NCBI GenBank assembly: GCA_021734405.1
Contig: JAIPJA010000001.1
Coordinates: forward strand, 1,586-65,585
DNA length: 64,000 nucleotides
From: Minisyncoccota bacterium
Lineage (GTDB): Bacteria > Patescibacteriota > Patescibacteriia > Patescibacteriales > UBA12465
Direction of reading: 5' to 3'
A program made the position numbers and the translations under genes. Positions 9,569 to 20,033 of the stretch are shown here, piece after piece. Within the stretch, counting starts at the first letter, position 1. Each line of letters opens with the position of its first letter. Under the pieces are notes generated by a model. That model had not been told where the DNA came from. It worked only from the letters and a program-made list of their open reading frames with translations, and ran no database searches.

Positions 9569-10126
9569 CTATTTCTTATTAAAACTCTTAACAATACTAG
9601 GTATCAAAATTGCATTTCTTTTCCAAATATGAGTTGATGAAAATTTCTTTTCATCTAACTTTATTATATCGACAAAACCACGATCAATAATAGCATCTAA
9701 GCAACTCCCCCATTCAATAAATGTTGTTCCAAATAAACTCTTTTTATAAATACCAGCCTGCGTTAATTTTAAATTATGGATACTGACCTCTGTCCCTGAT
9801 TTGATATCATTGATAGTTTTTTGCACTAATGGAGATGTCGCTTTTGACAAAATATAATTAAAATTTTTAAATGACTCCTCACTAGTACTGCTAAAATTTA
9901 AATCAATCTTATTTTTTCTATTATCGACCAATATTATTCTATTAAAATTTCCATGAAAAGTTTTGGCTCCATAGTAACTGGCAAATTGTCGCCAAGACTT
10001 ACATTTAATACTAACAATATCTTTGAAAAATATTCTGTTGCCTTTTTTTTCAATAAAAGTATTGGAAATTTTAACTTTGTACTTTAAATAATTTACAAGC
10101 TCAATTTCCTTTACATCCTCTTGCAT
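9569..10126 (-). CDS. Hypothetical protein, last gene of the RM-associated cassette
   Basis: It is an ORF with no recognisable motif and sits 22 nt from the upstream gene. Confidence 0.45.
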   Translation of the reverse strand: MQEDVKEIELVNYLKYKVKISNTFIEKKGNRIFFKDIVSIKCKSWRQFASYYGAKTFHGNFNRIILVDNRKNKIDLNFSSTSEESFKNFNYILSKATSPLVQKTINDIKSGTEVSIHNLKLTQAGIYKKSLFGTTFIEWGSCLDAIIDRGFVDIIKLDEKKFSSTHIWKRNAILIPSIVKSFNKK

Positions 10127-10148
10127 ATTTTTTATTTTAATAATTAAT

Positions 10149-10685
10149 TTATCCTAGTCGTCCGTAAACAAATTGCTTAAGTAATTCATGTGCATCTTTG
10201 CCCTCTTGTGTTTCGTTGTACGGCTTCTCATCAGTAGACACCCAGTTATACTCATTTAAGATTTTTAATGCATTATTTATATCTTGATCACTAAACTGAC
10301 TTTTAAGATCTTCTATTCTTTCATCTTTATTCTTATCATTTTCCCGATAAACAGCTAAAAAAAGCCTTCTTGCAGATTCATCAATTTTAGAAAAAATGAT
10401 AAAAGGACTATTCTCAATTTCTTTAACCTTACCCTGAAGTTTTAAATAATTATTTTCATCTTTAAAGTCAGCGGGTCCATACAAATTATTTGATTTATTA
10501 TATAAAATGATAAAAAATCCAATTATTGTAAAAAACGGTAACACAAGAAAAGCAATATAAAAAAAATTTGACAGTTTGTCTGACTCAACAAGTTTTGCCA
10601 TAAAACCAAAACCAGTCTCTGATAACAAAAACATAAGTCCGATAATCTGTAATGGCTTATCAATTTTTAATGGGTTAATACTCAT
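10149..10685 (-). CDS. Hypothetical membrane protein (2 N-terminal TM helices plus cytoplasmic domain)
   Basis: Hydrophobic segments are IIGLMFLLSETGFGFMA and FFYIAFLVLPFFTIIGFFIILY. It lies 2 nt downstream of the preceding gene. Confidence 0.45.
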   Translation of the reverse strand: MSINPLKIDKPLQIIGLMFLLSETGFGFMAKLVESDKLSNFFYIAFLVLPFFTIIGFFIILYNKSNNLYGPADFKDENNYLKLQGKVKEIENSPFIIFSKIDESARRLFLAVYRENDKNKDERIEDLKSQFSDQDINNALKILNEYNWVSTDEKPYNETQEGKDAHELLKQFVYGRLG

Positions 10686-10687
10686 AC

Positions 10688-11596
10688 TTATATTGCATTA
10701 TATGATTGTTCAATTAAATTAAACACATAATTCAAATCACTTTCAGAAGCCAAGACTACTTCTGTAACTCCTCCTCCATAGTGACCGATTCTTGTGACAT
10801 CTCTAGCAATTTTCTTTGGATCGTCTAGTTTGTTTATTGGAACTATCAAATGAAGTTTAATTTGAGATTGTTGAAGATGTAAATACAAGAAAGCTGAACT
10901 AGTCCTATATGAAATATAGTGTTTTTTTGCTCTTTCTTCGATATTATCATTAAGAGATAAAATTTTATCTCTCAAAGAATTAAACAACTCTACAACCCCT
11001 TTATTGATGCCATTTGTATGATCTTCAACAGTATAAACCTTAACCTCCTTGCTCACTTTTTCAATTGTTTTATTTTTTGAAATCTTATTTATTGACTCGC
11101 TCCTCTCCGATGATTTTAACTGTTTGTAAAGAATTGTATCATTGTCATATTTTTCTACTTCCCATAATTCAATTGGTAGATCTTTAAAATTAATTGCATT
11201 TTGTTGATATGTAGTAAATGATTGGGAAACAAAAACAACTCTTGATTGCGACCAATCAACATCACTCTTTTTTAAATTATTTCCAGTTTTTTCATTATAC
11301 TCAAGGATAAAATCAGCCTTATTATTAAGCATCAATGACAAATAAGCAAAGCCTTGATCTACTACGCTGAAATTCTTGTCTCTTTTATACTCAATAATCA
11401 CAAAAGATTTATTTTCTTCATCAAATGCCAATGAATCTATTCTAAAATTATGTAAACTGAATTCAGTGCAAACAAAATTGAGACCAAAAATACATTCCAA
11501 ATTATCTTCAGTTAGTTTTTGCAAATCTTTTTCAAGTTTTATTGTAACTTCTTTTATTGGGTTAAGTTTCCCACTTTTGATATTAAATATTGGCAT
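10688..11596 (-). CDS. Hypothetical protein with an N-terminal PD-(D/E)xK-like (HsdR-N-like) nuclease motif
   Basis: NFRIDSLAFDEENKSFVIIEYKRDKN resembles the D...E-x-K core of restriction-endonuclease-fold / HSDR_N domains. Confidence 0.45.
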   Translation of the reverse strand: MPIFNIKSGKLNPIKEVTIKLEKDLQKLTEDNLECIFGLNFVCTEFSLHNFRIDSLAFDEENKSFVIIEYKRDKNFSVVDQGFAYLSLMLNNKADFILEYNEKTGNNLKKSDVDWSQSRVVFVSQSFTTYQQNAINFKDLPIELWEVEKYDNDTILYKQLKSSERSESINKISKNKTIEKVSKEVKVYTVEDHTNGINKGVVELFNSLRDKILSLNDNIEERAKKHYISYRTSSAFLYLHLQQSQIKLHLIVPINKLDDPKKIARDVTRIGHYGGGVTEVVLASESDLNYVFNLIEQSYNAI

Positions 11597-11891
11597 ATAA
11601 TTCCTTGATAATATCCTACAAACATTATCATTATTTTTTATTTCTTTTAAATATTTTTAAATCGCTTAAAGATACTTTCGTTGTTTTTATTTCGATTATT
11701 TCCATATTCCTCAAAATACCTACTACTCCTAGCAACCCATACACTGAACCAATAAAAATTGAAATACATATTGTTACAACTCCAAGCCAAGGAACTACAT
11801 CAAACTTATACATAAAAAAAACCCATTGCAAAAAGTGCCGGGACTATTCCAACCGCTTTCATCCATCCAATTTTTAAATACTGTGCCATAC

Positions 11892-12647
11892 TTATTGATA
11901 ATATTTTTTAACAGTTTTTACATAGCTACAATAATCACAATCATCACCTGACTCTGGAATCTTATCATTTTGCAAACATTTATGAGCCTCGACTATTTTC
12001 CCTTCAACCCAACTATCGCTTCCTTCGTATGGAATTAATGTAATATCAAATTCGAGCTTTGCATCAAATGCTTTTCTGTCTGTTTGGCCATTACAATAAA
12101 CGAAATATCCAGTATTAGAAACTTTGTAGCCATTCTTCCTGAGCAACCACTGATAAATTTCCATTTGTCTTTTATAGCCATCTTGCCAATCTTTATCAAG
12201 TGCCTCAATTTTTTCCGTCTTGCTGGTAGATTTATAATCAACTACGATATACTCCTCTTTTGAATTAATCCATAAATCATCAATCGCTCCAAACATTAAA
12301 AAATTTGTCGGTTCATGCAAGAACTGAACCCCTGTAAAGTTATGTCTCCAAACATCAAGATCTTCATGCTCAACTGGAATCGCATCAACTCCATATTTTT
12401 CTATCAAGGGGTGTTTTTCGTTCTTTAATCTTAAAATATCAAACTCTTTTTTCAATAAAGCATCAACCGCACTATTTAAAGCAAATGGAAATCCGGGCGG
12501 TCTCCCAACTCCCATTTTTCTATCCAAATAAAAACATCTTGGGCAATCAATAAAAAGCTCAAGTTTTGATCGACTTAATTTAAATGGATCCGATGATTTT
12601 GGATCGTAAAGCCCTTTTGTGCGTTGTGAATTATAGTATTGTGACAT
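11892..12647 (-). CDS. Cas4/RecB-like PD-(D/E)xK nuclease with a four-Cys cluster
   Basis: RecB-nuclease motifs are GAIDDLWI (II), IVVDYKST (III) and RQMEIYQW (QhxxY). Cys pairs CPRC at the N-terminus and CDYC at the C-terminus resemble the Cas4 Fe-S arrangement. Confidence 0.6.
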   Translation of the reverse strand: MSQYYNSQRTKGLYDPKSSDPFKLSRSKLELFIDCPRCFYLDRKMGVGRPPGFPFALNSAVDALLKKEFDILRLKNEKHPLIEKYGVDAIPVEHEDLDVWRHNFTGVQFLHEPTNFLMFGAIDDLWINSKEEYIVVDYKSTSKTEKIEALDKDWQDGYKRQMEIYQWLLRKNGYKVSNTGYFVYCNGQTDRKAFDAKLEFDITLIPYEGSDSWVEGKIVEAHKCLQNDKIPESGDDCDYCSYVKTVKKYYQ

Positions 12648-12654
12648 AGCTTAT

Positions 12655-13350
12655 TTATTCTGAAGTTGAAGTTGATATATTGTTTATTTTTTGATTATCA
12701 GGAATATCATTATTTAAATTGTTGTTTTTATTAATCAATTCTTTCATTATCTCTTGGTAAACTCCGATTGTCTCTTCTGATTTATTGTTGTTAATATTTT
12801 GAACAACATCTTCCAATATTTCTTTTCTAATTTCACTGTCCTTATTTGAAATATCATCTCTTAATTTATCTATTTCATTATTGAGAGATCCTGAAGCAAA
12901 AAAATATCCAATAATCAATGAGACTATGGTAGTTAAAATAAAAGCAAAAGAGTCAAAAATTAAATCAATTAAGTTATCTGCCCATTTTCTATTCCATCTA
13001 TTTTTAAATTCTTGCCATTTGGTTATTTTTTTAATCTTCTGTAAATCTTTTGTATCATAGCTTTCTTTTTCTTTTCCAGTTTTGTCTGTTCTATCTATCT
13101 CTTTGATTTTTTTATCACCAATAATCTCTATATCATCTATATCATCTCTTTCATCTTTCTTACTCACTGCATCTGATGTGCTCCTAATATAATTATCAGA
13201 TCGTATAAAATCAAAATATTCTTTTTTTTCATCATCGCTTTTTCCTACATGTCGATCTCTAACATCCAAAGGAGTATTTCTAATTTTTTTAATTTTTTCC
13301 TTTCTCTTTTTCTTTTTTCTTTCAAGTTTTTTTTGTCTACTGCTTATCAT
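12655..13350 (-). CDS. Hypothetical single-pass membrane protein with K/R-rich N-terminus and coiled-coil C-terminus
   Basis: The N-terminus is the charged MISSRQKKLERKKKKRKEKIKK. One TM helix is LIDLIFDSFAFILTTIVSLIIGYFF. It overlaps the upstream gene by 14 nt. Confidence 0.45.
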   Translation of the reverse strand: MISSRQKKLERKKKKRKEKIKKIRNTPLDVRDRHVGKSDDEKKEYFDFIRSDNYIRSTSDAVSKKDERDDIDDIEIIGDKKIKEIDRTDKTGKEKESYDTKDLQKIKKITKWQEFKNRWNRKWADNLIDLIFDSFAFILTTIVSLIIGYFFASGSLNNEIDKLRDDISNKDSEIRKEILEDVVQNINNNKSEETIGVYQEIMKELINKNNNLNNDIPDNQKINNISTSTSE

Positions 13351-14035
13351 ATGAGCTTAACCACTTCGAATACGTTGTCTCTAATTCTGACAATGCTTTT
13401 TTAAGTTGATCGTCTATATTAGCCTTACTTAGTTTACTTAAAGCTGGTATAAAAAACTTCTGGTAATCAAAATTAAATTCTAATTTATCAACCTCTTTGT
13501 TTTTATTTAATCCATAAATAATATTTATATAGTCTTTTACACCCTTTTTTATTAAACCTTCTGTAGTCTGCTTCTTTTGTGAAAATGACATGCTAAAATT
13601 TTGTAGATTATCTACCGTTTTATTTGTTAACAAATCAATTGTTTTTTCAGATATATCAGTATTTTCAATATCGCAATAAAAAAGAACTCCTACCCTATTG
13701 ATATTCTCTATTGAAAATAAATCAAATATAGAATAAAAATATTCAGTAACTTTTTTTGATAAAAAATTGAATTTTTCTTCAAAATTATTATCTACTTTAA
13801 TCGAAACAATAAAATCATCAGAAGTTATCTTTAAATTCTCACCATTATTGTTGTATAGGGTTTTTTCTTTTGAGGAGGTCTCTGTTATTTTTGGAAAGAA
13901 TTTATTGTCAAATGGTGAATTTGGATCGTTTAATATATTATCAATAATCTCACCAGACATGTCTGGGATTCTAAAAGATCTTGAAAATCTAATTCCAAGC
14001 GTTATACCAACTATACTTTTTTTAATTTCTTGCAT
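13337..14035 (-). CDS. Hypothetical protein immediately downstream of hsdS
   Basis: It is an ORF with no recognised motif, 21 nt from the hsdS stop. Confidence 0.45.
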   Translation of the reverse strand: MQEIKKSIVGITLGIRFSRSFRIPDMSGEIIDNILNDPNSPFDNKFFPKITETSSKEKTLYNNNGENLKITSDDFIVSIKVDNNFEEKFNFLSKKVTEYFYSIFDLFSIENINRVGVLFYCDIENTDISEKTIDLLTNKTVDNLQNFSMSFSQKKQTTEGLIKKGVKDYINIIYGLNKNKEVDKLEFNFDYQKFFIPALSKLSKANIDDQLKKALSELETTYSKWLSSYDKQ

Positions 14036-14056
14036 ATTTTTAAAATTATTTAATTT

Positions 14057-15358
14057 TTAGCTAACAGTTATTTGTCCATTCATAAGCATCGGCAAAAGCC
14101 AGTCGCGCAAAGAAGATAATCTTTGATTTTCCTCCAAATTTTTCTGTTTCTTCTCTTCTATTTTTTCCATAAATTCGAAAAAAACATCTAATATTTGATT
14201 ATCAGGAACTACAATATAATTTTTATCTACAAAATTATCAAATAAAAAGTTTTTTATTCCTGAAGTTTTACCTTCGTAGCCAAAAAAAACTTTGCCATCA
14301 TACATCCTGTTCCAAAAATAATAAAAACTATAAATTAACTTACTATTTTTAAGTGTTATTGCTTTACAAAAATTTGAACAAATTAATGGTTTTGAGAATC
14401 TGCCCATTTTCGAATTTGAGATATAAGCAATACGCCCTGTAGATTGAGTTGGACTCCCACCAGATATTTCAATAATCAAATCATAAGGATTTAATATTTT
14501 ATGCGAATTTTTTTCAAGTATAAATCGCCTAGGAGGGTCGCATTGTTCTTTACCATTCAAGCCATTTATATCTGTTCCACGGATGCAAAATACATCTTGA
14601 GTATAATTTCCGGTCTTTTGATCTTTCCCCCAATCACCACTCTTGTCAGCCGATATTAAATCTTTAACCTTCTCAACACTCCATCCTTTGGGAACTTCGG
14701 CAACAAGCTTATTATTCCTATACATTTTACCTCCACTACTTTTATACGGCTTTCCTTGCTTGTTAGGAAACTCGAATTGCACAAACCAGTATTCATAAAA
14801 TGTTTTTGCTATACTATCTAACTTGTCATTTATTTCGTTATTAAGTTTAATTTTGGAATCAATAAACGATAAAATTTCAGCAATTTTTTTTTGATCTTCC
14901 GCTCTTTCAGGCACTTCAAATTTTAAATTACCAATATCTTCTGGCTTAATCGACGGATAAGAAGATGTAGCGTTCATGCCTAGATTATGGAGATATTCAG
15001 TAATTTGCTTTTGTGTTAAAAGGTAATAAATAAATTTGGGATCGATATTTTCATCTACTATATCTATAGTCGTAAATCCAGTTGATACAATTAAATTTTC
15101 ATCTGGATTTTCTAAGTAACCATAATGTTCTTGATTTGGTCTAACTGTCGAATAGATGATTGAGTTATTTTTAACTCGCCTCTTTGCTCTACTAGGTATT
15201 TTATCTTCCTTTGTATCAAGTATTTTCAAATTAACAATACTATTCTTTGTAATATTTCCAGTATCTAGATATTTAATAACATTAAAATTATCATCCTTCC
15301 CTAATGATTTTAAATTAAGATTTGATATTTTACTGATTTGTATAATTCTTCTATTCAT
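14057..15358 (-). CDS. hsdS: Type I restriction-modification specificity subunit
   Basis: It has two target-recognition halves with conserved spacer/C-terminal HsdS blocks (FEVPERAEDQKKIAEIL, RDWLLPMLMNGQITV). It overlaps hsdM by 8 nt. Confidence 0.8.
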   Translation of the reverse strand: MNRRIIQISKISNLNLKSLGKDDNFNVIKYLDTGNITKNSIVNLKILDTKEDKIPSRAKRRVKNNSIIYSTVRPNQEHYGYLENPDENLIVSTGFTTIDIVDENIDPKFIYYLLTQKQITEYLHNLGMNATSSYPSIKPEDIGNLKFEVPERAEDQKKIAEILSFIDSKIKLNNEINDKLDSIAKTFYEYWFVQFEFPNKQGKPYKSSGGKMYRNNKLVAEVPKGWSVEKVKDLISADKSGDWGKDQKTGNYTQDVFCIRGTDINGLNGKEQCDPPRRFILEKNSHKILNPYDLIIEISGGSPTQSTGRIAYISNSKMGRFSKPLICSNFCKAITLKNSKLIYSFYYFWNRMYDGKVFFGYEGKTSGIKNFLFDNFVDKNYIVVPDNQILDVFFEFMEKIEEKKQKNLEENQRLSSLRDWLLPMLMNGQITVS

Positions 15359-16985
15359 ACTTCAAATTATTCAATTTATGCTCAATTTGATCTTCCAATT
15401 GTTTAGATTTATGAAAACATTCTGATAATTCTTTTTTAAAATTATTAATTTTTTCTTCAAATTCTTTTATCGAAATATCAATATGCTCAATATTTATATT
15501 GAAATATTGACCAGTGCTAAAACTATAATTTTTCTCTTTCACCTCATCGAAGCCAACTACGACTGAAAAATTATCGACTTTTTCCTTATTAGTAAAGACT
15601 CTTACAATCTCTTGCTCTTCCTCTAAACTTAATACGGTTTTTTCATTTTTTCCATCAACTTTAATTTTTTCTCCCATTTTAGAAGCATCCATGAATACAA
15701 CTTTTTCATCTATATTTTCCTTATCAATAAATATTACTGAAACATTTGTTCCAGTGGTGGCAAAAATATTACTGGGCATGCTTATCACACCTTTTAGCAT
15801 TTTTCGATCAATTAATTCTTCCCTGATTTTCTTTTCAATTCCGTTTTGTGCTGTTATAAATCCCGTTGGAACAACAACAGCTGATTTACCTTTCTGTGAT
15901 AACGAATAAATAATATGTTGAAGAAATAAAAGATATATTGCCATTGATTGTTTTTTCTTTTTAGGTACAGTTGGTATACCAGCAAAAAACCTCTCACCAT
16001 TCTCCTTGGTATCAATATCCTCTCTCCAATTACTAAAATCCAACTTGAAAGGAGGATTTGAAACAATATAATCAAATTTCATCAATTCCTTTCCTTGCCT
16101 ATGGTAGGGATCTTTTATTGTATTACCTTGGATAATGTTATGAATTGAATGAACTAAATTATTTAAAATAAGATTTAATCGCAAAAGATGTGATGATTTA
16201 TCTGACAAATCCTGCGAATAAATAGTACATTTATCTTCACCAATCGCATGAGCGACGTTCATTAATAAGGTTCCCGAACCTGCTGATGGATCGTATACCG
16301 TAACATTACTCACTGGCTTATCAACCAAAATAGATGCCATAATTTTAGCTATGGCATGGGGTGTGTAATATTCAGCATAAACACCTCCCCCATCTTTATT
16401 ATAATCTTTAATCAAATACTCAAATATCGTTGAAAAGAAATCAAACTTTTGTTCAAAAATATCTTCAAAGTTAACATCAACTAGCTGATTAATTATAGCT
16501 TTTGAAAAATTATCTTTTTGTTTTTCAGAAAAGTTTTTTAAATATTCATCGACGCCATAAAACAACTGAATTTTATTCCCCTCTTCAGTTTTAACCGAAA
16601 ACACGTCATTATTGATTTTTGAAATATCTCTCAATGTATCACTGAAAAGCTTAGCAAACTGTTCACTGTTTTGCTGATTCCATAATGTCGAAATAAAATG
16701 ATCAGGATATAATCTCGCACTATCAGGACTCATTTTTTTAAGCAAAAACTCATAATCACTCTTAGAGTATTTTTTTATTACTTCTTCCCAGTTATCCGCT
16801 TTTTTAAGTTTTGAATCAAGCTCTTTTACTTCATATCCAAATTTGTCATTCATGAACTTATACAAAAAAACTTGGGTGATAATTTTAAATTCATCCCCAC
16901 TATTACCTAATCCATAATCACTACAAATTCCTTTCAGATTATCGATTAACTGTTTAGTTTTTTGAGTAAAATTTTGCTCTACCAT
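15351..16985 (-). CDS. hsdM: Type I RM N6-adenine DNA methyltransferase subunit
   Basis: Motif I is DPSAGSGTLLMN and motif IV is NPPF (YIVSNPPFKLDF). Confidence 0.9.
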   Translation of the reverse strand: MVEQNFTQKTKQLIDNLKGICSDYGLGNSGDEFKIITQVFLYKFMNDKFGYEVKELDSKLKKADNWEEVIKKYSKSDYEFLLKKMSPDSARLYPDHFISTLWNQQNSEQFAKLFSDTLRDISKINNDVFSVKTEEGNKIQLFYGVDEYLKNFSEKQKDNFSKAIINQLVDVNFEDIFEQKFDFFSTIFEYLIKDYNKDGGGVYAEYYTPHAIAKIMASILVDKPVSNVTVYDPSAGSGTLLMNVAHAIGEDKCTIYSQDLSDKSSHLLRLNLILNNLVHSIHNIIQGNTIKDPYHRQGKELMKFDYIVSNPPFKLDFSNWREDIDTKENGERFFAGIPTVPKKKKQSMAIYLLFLQHIIYSLSQKGKSAVVVPTGFITAQNGIEKKIREELIDRKMLKGVISMPSNIFATTGTNVSVIFIDKENIDEKVVFMDASKMGEKIKVDGKNEKTVLSLEEEQEIVRVFTNKEKVDNFSVVVGFDEVKEKNYSFSTGQYFNINIEHIDISIKEFEEKINNFKKELSECFHKSKQLEDQIEHKLNNLKYE

Positions 16986-19978
16986 ACTTTTGTGTTATTA
17001 AAATCGTAAAGATATTCTTGAGTTGCACAATTATTAATTAAATCCGCTGACTTGTTGTCCAATTTAATGCCGTGATTTTCAAAGCTTCCAATCACAATAG
17101 GACTCATGAATTTTATAAAATAATCTTCATTTTGAATCATTCTTGCATTATCTAGGACTTTTTGATCAGCTTGTTTTTTGATATCTGTTAAAGTTTCAAA
17201 AATAGTTATTTCTCTAGCATCAACATTCCTCTCTTCTAAAATTCTTTTATGAATTCTTGCGTATTTTTCATCATTCTCATATTTCGCCTTTAGCTGATTA
17301 TTTCTTCTATTTAGATCCGTAATCGCCTCATATATTTTCTCAAGCTCTTTGATATTAGCACTCATTTCTTCTTGGGTAATTTCATCAAGATTTTTCTTAT
17401 CAAATAATCTTCTCAACTCTTCATATAAAGCCACGAATTCTTTGTCATTTTTATCAAAATTTTTACCCATTTCCTCTCTTGTCTTTTTGAGCGTATTCTT
17501 TAGTTTATCAGCTATAACCATTTCTTCCTCTGATACCTTACGGAAAGTAAATATAACGTCTTCTAACGCAACATTCAAGAGGTTGGTTGTTTCTGAATTA
17601 TTCTCCAAAGAATCCTTTAAATTCACCAAGTTTAAATGATTTTCTGCCTCATTATAAAGCATAGCAAGTTTTTTGAAATCTATTTTATCCAAAAGTTCAT
17701 AATGCCCCATCAAACGAATGATATTATAAAGATTTTTTGCACTCATTAAAGCTTTTTTAATCTCTAAAATTTCTTGCTTATCTTGAATGGCAGATATTTG
17801 TTTAGAAAAATTCTCGGCGTTGACTAAATCAAATCTAAAAAGCCTGTCTTTAATAATTTCAATTTCCGATTCTATTTCTTCTTTAGATAAGAAAATATTT
17901 GAATAAGTCTCCATCTCATCACCAAGTTCGTCTTGCAACTCATCAAAATATGCTTTATTTGTGGCATCAAATTCTTTTCGAATATCGGCAAAATCCACTA
18001 CATATCCAAAATGAAAATCTTTATAAGGTCGGTTTACACGAGTTAATGTTTGTAATAAGTTATGTTTTTTTATAACTCTGCCTAGATATAACTTCTTTAA
18101 CCGCTTAGCATCAAAACCTGTTAAAAGCATATTGTACACAAATAGAAAATCAATCTTACCTTCTTTGAATTGGTCAATTTCATCTTTTCTTTCATCTTTT
18201 GTGCCGATATCATGTAAAATCAAACTCGCTGTTAAATTCTCGCTGTGTTTCTTATTAAATACTTCAAACATTTTTTTTGCCTGATCTGAACTATCACAGA
18301 CCACCAACGCACCAATACTATCATCACCGTACATAATTCTACTTTTATCAAAATCTGCAACAATATAGTCTAACATCGGTTCAACAAATTTTGGATGAGA
18401 ATAAACTTTCCTTTTATCAGCATCACCTTTCAATATTTTTATATCTTTTAATGCTTCTTGTAATTTAATCTTGTAACTAGTTTCAATATCCTCTCTTATT
18501 AATTTTAGAGTATATCCATCAGCTATCGATGAATTATAATAATATTTGTGAATATAGTCACCAAAAATAGCTTTTGAGCTTTTATCTTTACCGATGAGCG
18601 GAGTTCCTGTTAGTCCGATAATTATCGCTTCTCTGTCTGAAGTCATTAAATTAGCAAGAAAGCTTCCTTTTGGATCATAACTTCGGTGTACTTCATCTAG
18701 GAAATAAATTCTTTGAATGTTTGTACTATAAAGTCCGCAGTTTAAAACAGCGGTATCTTCTTTGAATTTTTGGATGTTAACTACAGTAATCTCAAGTTGC
18801 CCCTTTAAATTATGTATATTTTTATTACTCTGAAAATCCTTTAATAACTCATCTTTTGAATTTACAGTATGTACTACCAATCCTCGACTTGAAAATTCTT
18901 TTTTAGCTTGAATCAAAAGATCCAAACGATCAACTATAAAATAAAACTTAGGTATGATTTGTTTTTTCTGAAAATAATCAGTTAAATACTTAACATTATA
19001 ATAAGATAATGCAGTTTTTCCGCTTCCTTGGGTATGCCAAATAATCCCCTTTTTAATACCTTTATCAATTGACTGCTCGATTGCTTTGGTAGCAAAAAAT
19101 TGAGGGTATCTCATTACATGCTTTTGAAGTCCATCATGCTCTTTTACGTATGCGATTGCATATCTCAATAACATTGATAATCTATCTCTGCTAAATAATG
19201 AACTTAAGATTCTGTTAGTTGGTGAATCTATATCCTTGTTAGTTATAAACTCTGGGCTATGTTTTATAACATTTAAATTATTATCTTTTAAAACATAATT
19301 CTCTACTTCTTCGTCTTCTGGTTTTATGATCGAATTAACATCGAGCTTCTCCACTGCCACATCCTCTTTAAAAGCGTTAAATATTGCTCTATTATGTGAA
19401 GTGCTTGAATAATAAGCACCCTCAACCTGACCAATTGATTCCGAATCATACTCCATGTTATTTGAGAAAACAAGGAGTTGAGTAATATTAATAAATTTTC
19501 TAAATTTTTTATTTTGAAAACGAGTATTTATTCTATTCCTTTCAGCGATTATCCCCTCTCTATTGTTTGGCTTTTTTACTTCTATAAATGCCAAAGGCAT
19601 ACCGTTTATTAAAAGCGTGATATCTGGTCGAAATTCCTCATCTCCGTTTTTACAAGTAAGTTCTGTAACGACATGGAGTGAATTGTTATCAAAATTATCA
19701 AAATCTATTAATTTTATTTCATTTGATAGCAACATCTCATAAAACTCCTTTCCTAAGTCCTCATTATCCAAAACCAAAGATATCTTTTCGTATAATTTTT
19801 TTATCTCATCATCTTCAACATCTTTATTTATTGCCTTGATGCTATCAAAAAAAATATCTGTAAAAATATTTGTTTCAACATCCCATTTAGATGTTTTTAG
19901 TGATAAGTATTTATACCCCAATCTACAAAGATGTAATATTGCTGGTATTTTTACCCTTGTATCTTCATTGTAAGCCAT
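16979..19978 (-). CDS. hsdR: Type I restriction enzyme R subunit (endonuclease/helicase)
   Basis: The N-terminal nuclease motif is FRPDITLLINGMPLAFIEVKKPN. The helicase Walker A is HTQGSGKTALS and the DEAH-like box is FLDEVHRS. Size is 999 aa. Confidence 0.9.
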   Translation of the reverse strand: MAYNEDTRVKIPAILHLCRLGYKYLSLKTSKWDVETNIFTDIFFDSIKAINKDVEDDEIKKLYEKISLVLDNEDLGKEFYEMLLSNEIKLIDFDNFDNNSLHVVTELTCKNGDEEFRPDITLLINGMPLAFIEVKKPNNREGIIAERNRINTRFQNKKFRKFINITQLLVFSNNMEYDSESIGQVEGAYYSSTSHNRAIFNAFKEDVAVEKLDVNSIIKPEDEEVENYVLKDNNLNVIKHSPEFITNKDIDSPTNRILSSLFSRDRLSMLLRYAIAYVKEHDGLQKHVMRYPQFFATKAIEQSIDKGIKKGIIWHTQGSGKTALSYYNVKYLTDYFQKKQIIPKFYFIVDRLDLLIQAKKEFSSRGLVVHTVNSKDELLKDFQSNKNIHNLKGQLEITVVNIQKFKEDTAVLNCGLYSTNIQRIYFLDEVHRSYDPKGSFLANLMTSDREAIIIGLTGTPLIGKDKSSKAIFGDYIHKYYYNSSIADGYTLKLIREDIETSYKIKLQEALKDIKILKGDADKRKVYSHPKFVEPMLDYIVADFDKSRIMYGDDSIGALVVCDSSDQAKKMFEVFNKKHSENLTASLILHDIGTKDERKDEIDQFKEGKIDFLFVYNMLLTGFDAKRLKKLYLGRVIKKHNLLQTLTRVNRPYKDFHFGYVVDFADIRKEFDATNKAYFDELQDELGDEMETYSNIFLSKEEIESEIEIIKDRLFRFDLVNAENFSKQISAIQDKQEILEIKKALMSAKNLYNIIRLMGHYELLDKIDFKKLAMLYNEAENHLNLVNLKDSLENNSETTNLLNVALEDVIFTFRKVSEEEMVIADKLKNTLKKTREEMGKNFDKNDKEFVALYEELRRLFDKKNLDEITQEEMSANIKELEKIYEAITDLNRRNNQLKAKYENDEKYARIHKRILEERNVDAREITIFETLTDIKKQADQKVLDNARMIQNEDYFIKFMSPIVIGSFENHGIKLDNKSADLINNCATQEYLYDFNNTKVW

Positions 19979-20033
19979 ATTTATTATTTCTGTTTATTTG
20001 AATTATTTTATTCTTTTCAAATAAAATTGTTAA

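Noticed and set aside
9379-9594. 71-aa minus-strand ORF upstream of int
   Set aside because: It overlaps the bidirectional terminator and a hairpin-rich regulatory region, and has no ribosome-binding site. It is likely non-coding.
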